NCBI GenBank assembly: GCA_964016885.1
Contig: OZ024742.1
Span: forward strand, 158,844,001 to 158,908,000
DNA from: Eledone cirrhosa
Taxonomy: Eukaryota
Reading direction: 5' to 3'
Length of the DNA stretch: 64,000 bases
A model generated the notes under the pieces. That model was not told the origin of the DNA and searched no databases. It saw only the letters and a program-made list of their open reading frames with translations. Numbering within the stretch: position 1 is the stretch's first letter; each line of letters starts with the position of its first letter. Position numbers and translations under genes: made by a program. Of the stretch, positions 12,050 to 24,521 are shown one piece after another.

Positions 12050-13835
12050 TAGTGCTACTTTTTCAGAATGTTTCACATTTCGTCTATACACAAATTGCAA
12101 TACTTCGTTCCATTTGTATAGGGTGTAGATCTTTCCAGAATCCTCCGTTTAATGAAGAAGTCTGTGCCGCTATCATTGTTGGCTCACAAGAGGCTTACAA
12201 GTTTAGGAGAAGATCTTTTTTCCGGATGCTTAATGGTTGTCTCGCGGTTAAGGAAACGATTGTTAAAACGATCCTCCGACATTCCCCCATATGTCCTGGC
12301 TTCCTGTTGCTGATACGTTTGGGTCGAGTTGACCTCAGCTTCATATACCACAATGCGTATGTTGCACTCTTAGTCGAGAGGAAAGAGACTGACTTCTACT
12401 GGAACACTATGGAGTGAATGAGCTCCTGGATTTGTTGGTGATGTGGGATTTTACACTTTTACGTCGGTTTTAATGGTATGCCGGTTGAATATGTATCTAT
12501 ACTTATGACCTACAGGGAAATGTTTATCTATGTGGATTAAACCTTTCTTTCCTGTGTTGTTCTTTACATTAAGAGAGAGGGAGTGTAATCCATACAATTT
12601 GTCTACCTCTATTTTTCTTATTGATAGTTTAGAGTAGTAGGACGTTTTCTCCGTAAAGCCGCTGTTCGCTATGGCGGTGTTATAATGGAGGCTGCTATAT
12701 CGAAAATAGCTTTGCTAAATAGACAGTTAGATATCTTCTTACCAATGTTATTTACTAGGCTTTTAAAGACTAATTTTTCGTTCGAATTGTGACGTGGTTT
12801 ATATGTGCACAAATCTAAGTTGCCATTTGGATATTAATGCTAAAGAAGTTGATGAATAAGGTTAGTTTTAAGACAGGGCTAGTGAAGATGGCTTTTAAGC
12901 TTTTTCTAAAAGCATCGAGGTCATGACCGTTCTTACGGGTAAATAGGACCAGACCATCGTCACGATAGAGACAAGTATGGAAGTCTAGGAATTTGGTTCT
13001 TAACAAGTACAAAATAAATATAACCACACCAAATTGCATATGTCCGCGTAATCGAATGATCCAATGGATATATCGAATAAATCAGTAATAGCTGACTTTT
13101 AACCCTCGCAACTCCGTTATTAATGAGAAGGGATATAACTTGGCGGCCGATATCGTATACATTAGTGTAGCTGGTATCAAAGTTTAAGACTCTCTCTCTA
13201 TTAGCATCTTAGAAATCGGTCGGTAAAAATCTATTATGCCAAAATGAGTTTATCTTGCTATGTTACTAGTGTTAAAGTTGTTGAACCAATTTATTGTTTG
13301 ACTATATTCTCACTGGTTAAGGCTGGTTTGTTTCCCTGTGGACGTGATTAGATTTCTAATTATGGTCTTGCTAACTAGACCTATTTCGGTTCCAACAGAC
13401 TTGATAAGCCTACAAGTGAGATTATTTGTGAAATCCTGTTTGTGGTCTTTTAGAATGATGAAGGTTAAATATCCTGGTTTATTGTTTCTGTTGAGGGGGC
13501 TGGCTAAGGATGTTACCTCAGTGTTGATGTCATTATATGCTGTTGAGGCTGCTTTTTTTATATTTGAAAGTTATGGCTTTATGTGCAAGATAATTATATG
13601 TAGTTTGATCTAGTTTGAATAGGATGTTCATTCTATCAGATTATATGAAGGATTTATTAGAGGATTTAAAGATTTGATATCTCTGCTTATTTTGATGGAG
13701 TTGGAGTGCTTACGGAAAGAAATATTGATGACTGTCAGTAAGATTAGCCTCGAAAGGAACGAGGTCGTAACGTTAGGTGGATAAATCCAAATATTAGGTT
13801 GAAAAGATCGGCTGTTCCTGTGAATTTGTGTTAAA
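12050..13835 (-). mobile_element. Degenerate 5'-truncated Penelope-like element (YRDDG-type RT plus GIY-YIG region)
   Basis: Minus-strand LYRDDGLVLF and SLNVKNNTG..FP..IFNRHTIK motifs; many stops and frameshifts. Confidence 0.75.
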
Positions 13836-13915
13836 ATGTAAGTGTATACAACAACTCATCCCTCGAATTGAGTGCTTTAATAGTTTTCCACATTCATTAC
13901 AAAATTATGATACAT

Positions 13916-14078
13916 TGGACTGGCAATATCGGTAGAGGGTCGGGAACCATGCTTTGCAGCGAGTTCAAATCCCGCCGAGGTTAACTTTACCTTTCATCCT
14001 TATGGGGTCGATAAAATAAAGCACCAGTAATGCACTGGGATAATTGCTGGCCTTGTGCCAAAAGTAGAAACAATTATA
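13916..14078 (+). mobile_element. SINE S1 with internal deletion
   Basis: A box, B box, core and tail TGGCCTTGTGCCAAAAGTAGAAACAATTAT. Confidence 0.9.
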
Positions 14079-14089
14079 TATATAGTAGT

Positions 14090-16128
14090 AAGGAAATCTC
14101 AGGAGAGCTGGACAGCAGAAAGTCATCAGAGAAGAAACCTCCCTCAAGCGAGTGTTTCGCGTTGAACATCTTAAACTCTAAGAGGGCTGCGCCTCGTCCA
14201 GGTCATGACTTCTGGGTGCCCTTTAACTGACATTTAACCATTCAGAAATCGGAGAGTTTCTGTTTATAATATGCTGCCGCCAATACTACAAACTACGAGT
14301 GACTCATAGTTACATGCGTTAAAATCAAAACACGATGCCTCGCACATGCTATGGGAGTCGCTTTCGTTCGTCCTCGACCAGATCTAACTGGAACTCCTTT
14401 CCGCTGCCTTTGATATTGCCTTAAAGGCTATGGTCCTTGTCTTCTCAGTGACTGGGAGCTGTTTCATTAGATTGTAGGTAGACATGCCCACAAAGCCTCT
14501 GGCTCCAACTTCTATGGCGAGAACTTTGACCCGAAAGTTGGCTTTCTTTAAGCTGCCGACCAAACTGGCGTATTTGTTTTATCTTAAATACCTGTGCTTC
14601 TTCTAATCTACTTTCAAATGGCATGGTAAGTTCAACCAAAATGAACTGTTTTGAAGAACTGTACAATATCCGGCCTCAAACCATTCTTTCTGATTGTTTA
14701 TGGTTCGATTGCCGTGCCCTATATGGCATAGCTGCTCCTTTCTATGATTTGCTGTTTCCTATCGTATAAAATGTTGTTGGAGATTCTCGTTCTACGGGTT
14801 TTATTTTTACCGTGTTTATCACATGTAAGATCTCCTTCAACACTTGATTGTGTCTCCACGTATTTCTCCCCTGGGTTAGTGCTACTCTGCATGAGCTCAA
14901 AATGTGTTTCATTGTCTATCTACCCTGGCATAATAAACACTCGGGGTTTATCTGATTTGCCCCACTTGACTAAATTCGTATTCAAGGACAGGAGATCATA
15001 GACAGATCTGAGGAGACATCTGATTCTGAGAATTCTGAGAGGCACCATATGCCACAAGTTATTCTAACTGAGACATCTCTGGAGTACACCTTCCCACGTC
15101 GTCCACTGGCCCAGTTAGCTCTACTGAACTGCGTTCCGGAGATTTCTGGAATCCTCTTCCTTCTTCTTCTCCTGTAAAATCATATCTCTCATCATCTTTC
15201 CCTGGCCTCAGTCCACCGTTCCATTTTTGCTACGCCCAGTCCTTGCCTATTAGACTTACTGCGTCCTATTATATCTTTAATCTTAAGGCTTCATTTTTCT
15301 GTATCTACCGCCTCCTTGACCTTCCATTTTCTGCTTGTCTTAAGCTTGTGTCGGATCAACCTCATAACCTTGTCTTCCGAGTTCTCAAGCGATAAGATTG
15401 AGAGGTAGCATCAGCTTGACCTAACGGTAGTAGAGTGCAACATCAGTGTGATCTTGTGCAACACCAAGCCACTTCCTTGTGTATTTATTGATTTTGGCCT
15501 CCATAACCTTCACTGTTCTAGAGCTGATATCATATATTAGTAGAGGCCAGAGAAGCTTAGGGATCAACATGAACTACAACCACCACACCTAATATTTGCC
15601 AGAGAGGCCCCATTGGTATATGGCCTGCAGACCTTTTTAAGCCACGTGCTTGGTTTCGCCCCACCTTTTCATATCTTTCAGAGTGTCGTCATGCCATCTT
15701 CCGAGACTTTTGACTGGTTCCTCAGCCACTGTTTGGATCTTTTGGTTGACTACTGTGAATACCACCGATCCCGCTACTTTCCCCTTCCGCCGAAAGAGGC
15801 TCCTAGATTTCTTTGGTTGAACCTCATTCTGGAAGATGCAACTTCTTTATCCAACTGCTCCAGTAGCCTATGTGTTTCATCTTTCTTTGTGTGAAATCCC
15901 TCTCCGAGCACTGTTGGATGCCAGCCCATTGCCGCCTTCAGAAGCGAACTGTAGCCATTTGCCAGATCAAGACACACCACATCAAGATCTCTCTTTTAAG
16001 CTTTAGCTCTTTGGATTGCTACCTAAATCATTGAAACAAGTTCTACCCAACCAGACATTTCAGGGATGACTCCCTTCTGGACTAACATATTCAGGTATTC
16101 ATTCTCTGTGAGGTATCTAATTAGCTTA
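14090..16128 (-). mobile_element. Hero/NeSL-clade RLE non-LTR retrotransposon, truncated and internally deleted
   Basis: Minus-strand VCLDLANGYSS (RT) and SSKQFILVELTMPFESRLEEA (PD-D/E-xK restriction-like endonuclease region). Confidence 0.75.
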
Positions 16129-16212
16129 AATAAGTGTATACCACAACTCGTCCCTCGAATTGAGTGCTCTACCAGCTTTCGATATTCATTATGAAATTAG
16201 GATGCATTATAT

Positions 16213-16399
16213 GGTGGGTTGGCAGTATCGGTAGAGGGTCGGACGCCATGCTTTCCAGCATAGTTACGTCCCTTTACATTCTGAGTTCAAATCCCGCCGG
16301 GGTTAACTTTGCCTTTCATCCTTACGGAGACGGTAAAATAAAGTACCAGTAATGCACTGGGATAATTGCTGGCCTTGTGCCAAAAGTAGAAACAATTAT
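16213..16399 (+). mobile_element. SINE S1, full length
   Basis: A/B boxes, core, tail; flanking direct repeat attatat. Confidence 0.9.
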
Positions 16400-16413
16400 A
16401 TATATATATTTAA

Positions 16414-16593
16414 TGTAGAAAGGCTTCTACAGGACTAGAACTCTTTCATTCCGGAGAAATCATCAGGAAGCCCTGATGATTTCTCCGGAATGAAACAATT
16501 CTAGTCTGTAGAAGCCTTTCTACAATAAATATTTATACTCTGCTTTGTATTGAGTACCTTACTGTGGATATCCCCGATTGAACCCGGGATAAA

Positions 16594-16595
<2 letters not shown>
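16414..16595 (+). mobile_element. Solo PLE pLTR fragment with fold-back palindrome and hammerhead cores on both strands
   Basis: Palindrome 16414-16524; CTGATGA 16473-16479, GAAAC 16492-16496, GTC 16504-16506, then AATAAA; ends in (TA)n. Confidence 0.65.
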
Positions 16596-16646
<51 letters not shown>

Positions 16647-16651
<5 letters not shown>

Positions 16652-16710
16652 GGGAAATGCAGAGAGTGATATATACATATATATATATCACTCTCTGCAT
16701 TTCCCTGCAT
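16647..16710. repeat. Short palindrome centred on (TA)n
   Basis: atgcagggaaatgcagagagtgatatata / tatatatcactctctgcatttccctgcat. Confidence 0.9.
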
Positions 16711-16789
16711 CCTGTCTTCCTGCTTCCTACTCTGCCTCTCATACTCCCTCTATCTCTCACTCTCTATCTCCTAATCTCTCTATATATCT

Positions 16790-17720
16790 GCTCACAGCCC
16801 TCTACCAAGCGGAAATGGCAATCAGCGGAGACTCCACTTCGACATTCTAGAGGGGATTAGTGGAGGATAAGTGCGACGTCGTTCTCGGGGAAACTCTAGG
16901 CATCGAGGAGGACGAACTGACCAGTCTGTTCGGGAGGACTTTCCTTCCAGGGCCTATGGATAACTTCCAGAGGTCTCTGGCCTGGCAGTGTTACCGAGGA
17001 GCTCTACCAGTTCGAGACAAAATCTACAATGTCGGATGCCCTAGCAGAGATCCTGCCAAAAGGACCTGTCCAAGATGCGAGCAGGACATCGAAACCGTTC
17101 TGCACGCAATTGTTCAGTACCCTGGGGTGACCGACCTGTGGAATTATGTCGAATAGCTGCTGTCACGTGTGGGACGCATCCAGTTGTCAGCCGAGTCCAT
17201 CGTGAGAATCACCTCGCCGCCTTCATTTAAGAACGAAGGAGAGGCGGTTTTCCTCTGTCCGGTGGCTATGGCGAAAGAGGTAATATGGTGGACGAGGTTA
17301 AAAGGACTGAGGGCAAACACCTTTCTCTCCGGACAACAATTTATCCCCTTCTTTAAGTATCACTTCAGAAGGAAGGTGAGAGTGGAGAGAGAGGTGGTAC
17401 ACCCCAGTAAATTCGCTGAAAGGTGGGTGAATGTGGCAAAAATGGGCCTTCTCTGTATATAAACCTGTAGGTTGAGGAAGATGAACAAAGGGAAGACAGG
17501 AACACCTACAAAACGTGTTCCTGGTGTTGAGGGTTGTTCTATCCACGGGGTGTAAAACAACCCTGCAGTAACGTTCCCCCTATTGGGGATTTCAATTGTT
17601 ATTTTATTATATATAGTTTATTGTTATTTATTAATGTTAAAGTTATTTTTATGTAAAACCCCCGCCGTCACGTCTTGTAATGTCCCACTTTTGTACGCCC
17701 CTGTGGCAAATAAAGAAAGA
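16790..17720 (+). mobile_element. 5'-truncated Tx1 LINE (copy C): ORF2 C-terminus and 3'UTR
   Basis: LAWQCYRGALPVRDK..CPRC...ETVLHA zinc-finger region, homologous to copies A and B; ends GCCCCTGTGGCAAATAAAGAAAG followed by (TATC)n. Confidence 0.9.
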
Positions 17721-18149
17721 TATCTATCTATCTATCTCTCTCACTCAATCTCTCTCTTTCTCTCTTTAACACGTACTTAAGCAGTGGCTTGCCAGACATA
17801 ATCTCCACCATGACACTTTTAACTTGATAACATAATATTTAACCTTTCTATTTTTGATTTGATTTCTATTTTTATTTTATATATATGAATACTTTATTTG
17901 GAGAAAATCACAAATGTTAAAAATAAAAAAATAATGGTAAATGAATGAAACAGTCTGTACTAATGAATATCTAATAGTTGTCAAGCCTGATAAAGTACTT
18001 AAACTACTATGAAAAATGTCTCTTTTTTTAATACAAAACAAAAAGCAAGGAGTGTTTCTGGAGATTTTAGATAATAAAACTTGATTTTCGCAGATACAAT
18101 CTGGATATGTGTCCGACGTGCATTTTCTTGCAATGGTTTTTTAAGTGCA

Positions 18150-18300
18150 AGCATGGCTATGTGGTTATGACGTTTGCTTTACAACTACCTGATATCCGGT
18201 TCAATCGCCCTATGCAATACCTTGGGTAAATGCTATCTGTCATATTATCGGAGTGACTAAAGATTTGTGAATGAAATTTTGTAGACAGAAAATATGTGAA
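18150..18300 (+). mobile_element. Third tRNA-derived SINE family (S3), diverged
   Basis: gcatggctatgtggtta..ccggttcaatc..accttgggtaa..gtagacagaaa; homologous to 24686-24845. Confidence 0.5.
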
Positions 18301-18825
18301 ATCCTTTCAGACAGCAAGGAAAGAAGAGTACCTTTTTCTCCATATTAAATGTATTTATCATTCTAAAAATCATTTTAGGACAGATTTTATATATGGAGGC
18401 ACCATAATCTTTTAATGGTTTGCGGCCTCAAAAGCACTTAATTCAGCCCTGCTCGATCTGACCTTTGGGTATCTTTAATGGATCCCATCATGTTGCAAGT
18501 ATTTGGAACAAGATACTGGTTTTAGGATACCTTAATTTATTCTTTCTACCTGTCCTGGAGATACTGTCCTCTCTAACTAAAAAGTAAAGAATTTACATCT
18601 TTTCCGTATCTGTAGGTGTGCCTGTCTATGTGTGTATGTTTGTACAGTTATTTATACGTGTGTGCTTGTTTGTATATGCGGGCATACTAGTACATTCATA
18701 GGCTTATTTGTATATTTGATGGCATGCGTTCGTGTATGGCATGTATGCATTATGCGTGTGTATGTATGTATGTATGCATTTGTGTATCTATGTATGTGTG
18801 TATGTATATATGTATGTATGTACGA

Positions 18826-19178
18826 GTGGCGAAATCTGATTGTTACCAGTGTTAAGGAATTTGAAAAGAAACAGAAAGCCTATGTTGAAATGAAGCGAGC
18901 AGCTAAATATATGGACGGTGTTAGGCCGCTCCCAGACCAGAGTTCGAAAGAGACTCTTACCTGTGAGGGATGCGGACGTGTATGTCAAAGGCTGGGCATT
19001 AAGCCATAGCAGACGTCTAACTCATGAAAATAACACCTTTCAGTTCCCCATACGCCTTAATTTTGCTTATGGTATCTGTTCAAAAACGTGTCACCCTGCA
19101 CATAGGCTAAGATGGCACCACAAAGCATCCCACGCCAATCAAGATATGGCCGTACTAGGACATGAGATGACATCCACT
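18826..19178 (+). mobile_element. RTE LINE 3' end
   Basis: WRNLIVTSVKEFEKK...LTCEGCGRVC C-terminal zinc finger, ending in (TATG)n. Confidence 0.65.
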
Positions 19179-19244
19179 ATATATGTATGCATGTATGTAT
19201 ATATGTGTATATGTATATGCACGTATACATATGTGTATATATGC

Positions 19245-19592
19245 GCGGGGACATAGAAATAATCGGGTTGGATACCCGATCGCGCGGTTAAACCACTGGG
19301 AGTGAAGGACCCTAGCCTTTGTCAGGGCATTCTTCTAGGAGAAGGCAACTCAAGAAACTGGGATAACTCCGACATAAAACCTGCTGCTCAGTAGTTACCG
19401 ATGATGTTAGTCTTTTCTTCTTTTCGGGTTATAGCTACTGTAGCTCAGAGAGTGGGATTGGCTCAGTGCACAGTCTTTCTTCACTTTAAAAACATTCTTC
19501 ACGCTCAGACATTGCATGATAGCTTAATTGATAATTATTAATAATGTTATATCGTGCAATGGCCATACTCGATAACGAGGTGGCAACCATCA
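19245..19592 (+). mobile_element. RTE-derived non-autonomous element (related to 5195-5640)
   Basis: Shared blocks with 5400-5600. Its 3' end (tggccatactcgataacgaggtggcaaccatc+tgta) resembles the RTE 3' end at 19147-19178. Confidence 0.5.
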
Positions 19593-19604
19593 TGTATGTG
19601 TAAA

Positions 19605-19880
19605 GGTCCCTGGATTAGTGGGTAGAGTATTCAGCTCACGATCGTAAAGTTGTTAGTTCGATTCTCGAGGTCACGTTGTGTCTTTGAACAAGACACAATA
19701 TTTCAGTTTACTCCATTTCATTCAGCTGATAAAAATTATTTGCGCCTCTCTGACACGCTAAATCTCCCTGAGAACTATTTTAAGGAACCCATAGGTGTGG
19801 AAAGTTCAGCCACGTTACTTCACGAGCAGGGTATTCCGTTTGAACAACTTGAACCTACCTTATTGGAAACTATGGAGCTT
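19605..19880 (+). mobile_element. SINE S2, diverged
   Basis: tggattagtgggtag..agttcgattc..ttgaacaagacac; homologous to 11575-11870. Confidence 0.6.
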
Positions 19881-21419
19881 CGATGAATATAAGTTTGTAT
19901 ATATGTGTATGTATTATTTATGTATGTATATGTGAATGCATGTATGTGTGTAGGAATGTATGTGTGTATGCATTTATTTATATACGTTTGAATGTACATG
20001 AGTGTATGTATGTATCTGCGTATGAGTATGTATGTATATATGTATGTGTATGTGTATGTATATATGTATGTATGGATGGATGCATATATGTACGTGTGTG
20101 TATTTATGTCTGCATGTGTGTGTATTTTTGTATGTATGTATAACTGTATATATATATATATGTGTGTGTATCTGTATCTACATGTGTATTTATGTATGTA
20201 TGTTCTTCTGGTTTTATAATTTCACAAATATTTGCCAATAGAGAGGGAGTCGGTTTCTAACATAGATACAAAACTCTCTCATTGGAATTTACACAACATC
20301 AACTAGGTAGATATGTATGTCTGTATGTCTGTATGTATGTATGTCTTTCTGTATGTATGTATGTGCCTGAACATGTCAGCACGTACGTTATATGAGTAGG
20401 TGATAACGATTTGATACCGGTGCTTCATTTCTAAAGATATTAAGACAAAAAGGTGTGTAGGACGTCAGATTGAATCTTCTACGATTGTGTTATGTTGAGG
20501 GACGAGTGAGTGAATGAACGATTAAGAAGAAATTGGAGAGGAAGTAGAGAGTGAGGGGTCATTAGTGAAGAATGGCGGTCAGAGAAGTATGTCAGGAAAG
20601 TGTGAGGAATTGATTGATTAGCTTGGGGGTGGTCATATCTCGAATTACACTGCTTGGCTCAGAAAAAAAATAGATACATTTACAACGCCAACAGATATTA
20701 CCGTTCGATTCGTATGTGTGTGTGTGTTGTATGTATTTGTTTGTATGTATGCTTGTGTATCTATGTGTGTTTTCCTTTCTGTTATGTTTGCTTTTGTATT
20801 AGATAATCGATTGTTTTTTCACCTCTGTAAAAGAAAGGGTGACAATTAGTGGTCCCTATGTTTTTATTGGTTACAAATTCTCAAGACTTCTAAAATAAAA
20901 TTTACAAAGTAGAAAATAAAAATATGAAAAAAACTCCTATTTTCCAAACAGTAGGCTTTATTGCTAGTTATAAAATAAGCATAGTTGTTCTGTTACTTTG
21001 AGCGTCCATCACAATAAACAGCAGTGACATATGTTATGTCGCTCGTAAAAATAGCCAAACTCTTTACAACGACCGAGTCTGAGAGAGAGGGCGTGGGAAG
21101 GATGGCGGAAGAGGAGGCTATAAGATTCGGAAAATCTCCCCGCTTTACAAACATATCTGCTATTGATTAAGCCACATAAAGTACGTCTGAAGTTTGATTT
21201 ACTTAAAGCGATTCTCTTTGGAGTAGATTTCTATAGAGTCTCGCGATGGAAAAGATAAGAGAGAGAGGAGTGGTGGTAAACAGAACTCTGCGTAACTCAA
21301 TGAAGCAAGTCTGAATTACCTATAGTTAGATTTCAACAGATATATATAAAAGAGCGTATGTGTGGGTGTATGATTGTATAGGTCGGTGTATGTTTGTATA
21401 AGTGTGATGCAGGAGAGGA

Positions 21420-21580
21420 TGAGGTGGAGTGTTTTGGTGATAGCGGTGATGGTGGTGGTAGTGGTGGTGGTTCTGGTAGTGGTGGTGGTGCTGGTGCTGT
21501 GCTGGTGCTGGTGGTGGTGGTGCCGGTGGTGGCGGCGGTGGTAGTGGTGGTGGTGGCAGTGGTGGTGGTGGTGGTGATGA
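21420..21580. repeat. Short (GGT)n-rich tract
   Basis: Same motif as 447-2397. Confidence 0.8.
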
Positions 21581-22127
21581 TTTTTAGTATGACTGATAAT
21601 ATCTGATTAATGGCATTCCTGCCAAGGTCGTACATCTTTCATTATATAAGACAGTAGGATGTTATTTAATGATGATTTGGTTGTTCTTTCTAACAGGTCA
21701 AGTTATCTTGTAGATGTTATATCATTTAGTTCCTCCATTTTATTTGGTTCGTCCGAATTAGACCGCTAAGTCGTATAGGCTCTCCGTTGGCTGGAAATGA
21801 TTAGATAAGATCCTGTGACATAAATAAATCAAATATGGCAGAACTTCACAAACCACTCGTATTAAATATGCAATTCTCTAAGTATACACTAGAACAGAGC
21901 TGCGCCCATTTTCACACGTAAACTAAATCCAAACTGAACATGCACACACACATCAAATACACTAATAGTGCATGTGCACTTAACTTCATTCTTCTTTAAA
22001 TGTATCCATTTTCCAGTATATTCGGTCGATATAATGGTTTAATGAGTATTTAGGGGTGTAGAATGTGTAGTGTTGTACGTATTGTAGAATGTATAGTAGT
22101 AATATATGTATAGTAGCGTGTTTAGTA

Positions 22128-22166
<39 letters not shown>

Positions 22167-22169
<3 letters not shown>

Positions 22170-22244
22170 GGTGTCCCCCAAAAATGTATACATAATTCAA
22201 CAACATTCTGATAAATAGTGTATACATTTTTGAGGGACACTCTG
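22167..22244. mobile_element. 78-bp Tc1/mariner MITE
   Basis: TIRs CAGGGTGTCCCCCAAAAATGTATACA / TGTATACATTTTTGAGGGACACTCTG within (TA)n/(TG)n. Confidence 0.8.
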
Positions 22245-22248
22245 TGTG

Positions 22249-22283
<35 letters not shown>

Positions 22284-22909
22284 ATGTGTATTCTCATTGC
22301 TCAGTGTGTCTAATCTAATACTTTTAGGGAGATTTCGTCTCTATTTCTAGCAGGTCGATCGCTATTTTCTTGTATTGGTGCGCGTATTTGATGTAGGTAG
22401 TGTAGTGATGTATGTGTACAGATGTGTAGTGATGCTTGCGTAGTTTTGAATGCGTAGATCTGTATGTGTAAGAGTGTGTAGTGGTGTAAGAATGTATAGT
22501 TGTCTGTGTACTGGTCTATGTATAGTATTGTGTGTAGTGTAGTGGTGTATGAGCAATTGTGTATGGAGTTGTGTATGCATAGATGTATAAGTAAGGGTGT
22601 ATGTGTAACTGAATGTAGTTGTGTATGTGTAGTTGTTTGGGCGTGTATGTGTATGTAGTACTGATGTATATGTAGCACTGTGTGTGTAGTTATATGGGTG
22701 TAGTTGTGTAAGAATAGTTGTGTATATATAGCGATGTGTGTGTGTGTGCGTTTGTGTGTGCTGTTATGGCGCATGTGTCGTACTGTATATGCAGTTGTGT
22801 GTATAGTATGAATGTTTAATAGGTGATGTAGGTGTGTGTATGTGTGTGTGTGTGCTTGCCTATGTTATGGTGTATGTAGAGTGGTAAATATGATGCTAAG
22901 ATGGCTGCC

Positions 22910-23240
22910 TTGCCCGCTTATTGGGTACATGCCTGTTTTAAACAAGTTGCCAACCAAGGTGAAGTTCTATCATCTTTACTATAAACATATCTGAAATACT
23001 CGTCGTTAGATTTTAACTGTTGTTGAGATACTTGAGAAAAGCACAGATTGATACTTTGCTTAAACTCTGACGTCAAAACTTGTTTCTTGTAGTGAAGAGA
23101 CGACATTAAGATTTCTTAAACGATGCCATTTCTCTCCTAGATATGTTTACCGCCTCCTCTACAAACCACTTCACCGTTCCTTTAACCTATCTACAGAGCA
23201 TTTATTGTTCTCCAACAACTAAATAATAAGGTAAATAAAA
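22910..23240 (-). pseudogene. Possible decayed thioester-containing protein (alpha-2-macroglobulin/CD109/TEP) fragment
   Basis: By-eye reading across frameshifts: LPY..CGEQ*ML ... LQET/LTSEFKQSINLCFSQVSQQQLK...SPWLATCLKQACTQ versus A2M MPYGCGEQNM...LNETQQLTPEIK...GYQRQL...TWLTAFVLKTFAQ. Confidence 0.35.
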
Positions 23241-24294
23241 TTATGCTGCTTTTATTGCCAAAGTATAGTGATAATACTTAGCTGTGTTAACAAGCCCTCA
23301 AGAACTTTCTGATTGATTCTTAAAATTGTGTATAGGACTACAGCTAATTGGCAATTTCACGAACAAATTCTATCATTACTGAACTGAAAAATCTTCTCGA
23401 GTTTCATGTAACGTTTGAAATACAGAAATTCTGCTCCTCTTTTCTTCTTGCTCATCTTCATTTTTTTCTTTTGTAGATGCATCTATATTTCTCCCATAAA
23501 GTATATGTTAGCTTGTTTGCGATATCCTTCATAATAGACAAGGAGGAAGACTCAATTTCCTTAAACATTAACTTAGGTGTAACGATCGATTTAAGTCATA
23601 TTCAATTGTGTTGAAGCCTGATAACAATGATACATGTGCATTAGTCATGAAGAAAGATCAGGCTGTCTACTAGTATACACAATTGCTACTAGTAAAGGGA
23701 AGATTTCTTATAGACATTCCTCATTTGTTTACCTTTCTTCGAAAAGTAACTGATCTTTAACTATAATGTAGAGTCCAGAGATACAATATAATTGAATATC
23801 AATATATCAAATTTTCTATATATTAGCTTAAAGAAAGCTGCTTCAAAGAATAAGTTGGGCATATGAGCACATAGAGGGTGGTGTATGACAATGCTGTAAC
23901 ATTTTACTCTCTAATTCTTAATTTGTTTAACTTAGCTCAGATATCTCGAACTTTCATAAATTCTAGATATTTATTTTGAGCTTTATATTCCCTATGACGA
24001 AATTTGTCAAAGGCTGGATTGATTGTATATCGGTAACTCAATTTCTGTCACTAGCAATGTTTAGACATTACAAGATACTTCACTTTCGACAAAACGAACC
24101 TGTAGGTCAAGAAATAGATGGAGCTATAGGGTGGAGTTGTAAGGGCATCATAGTGTCATGAGGTGGGACAGTTTAAATTTTGGAAGAATCCATCCATGTC
24201 CAGGTCTGAACAGAACCGATTTCTTCCAGAGAGAGATGTGAGCAGAGGAAGTGTAAAAGAAGAGATATAGAGAGGAATTCCCCCACTGTTGGAC

Positions 24295-24430
24295 TGGACT
24301 GAATTTTTTATCGACCTCGAAAGAATGAAAGGCAAAGTTGACATCGGTGGGATTTGAATTCAGAGTACAGAGACCAGAACGAATATCGCAAAGTTTACTA
24401 TTCGAGATTCTCATCACTGCCGATTGGCCA
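24295..24430 (-). mobile_element. Old diverged Meta-core SINE
   Basis: ttttatcgacctcgaaagaatgaaaggcaaagttgac..gggatttgaa. Confidence 0.65.
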
Positions 24431-24521
24431 ACTTAGGAGGGAATACAGAATACATCACTGGTGAAAGCAGCCTTCAGAGATATCTTTACTACCAAGTGTA
24501 TTATAGAGCGTCTTTATAGAT

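Noticed and set aside
20380-20620. Possible CR1/L2 3' fragment on minus
   Set aside because: Too degraded to support by eye.
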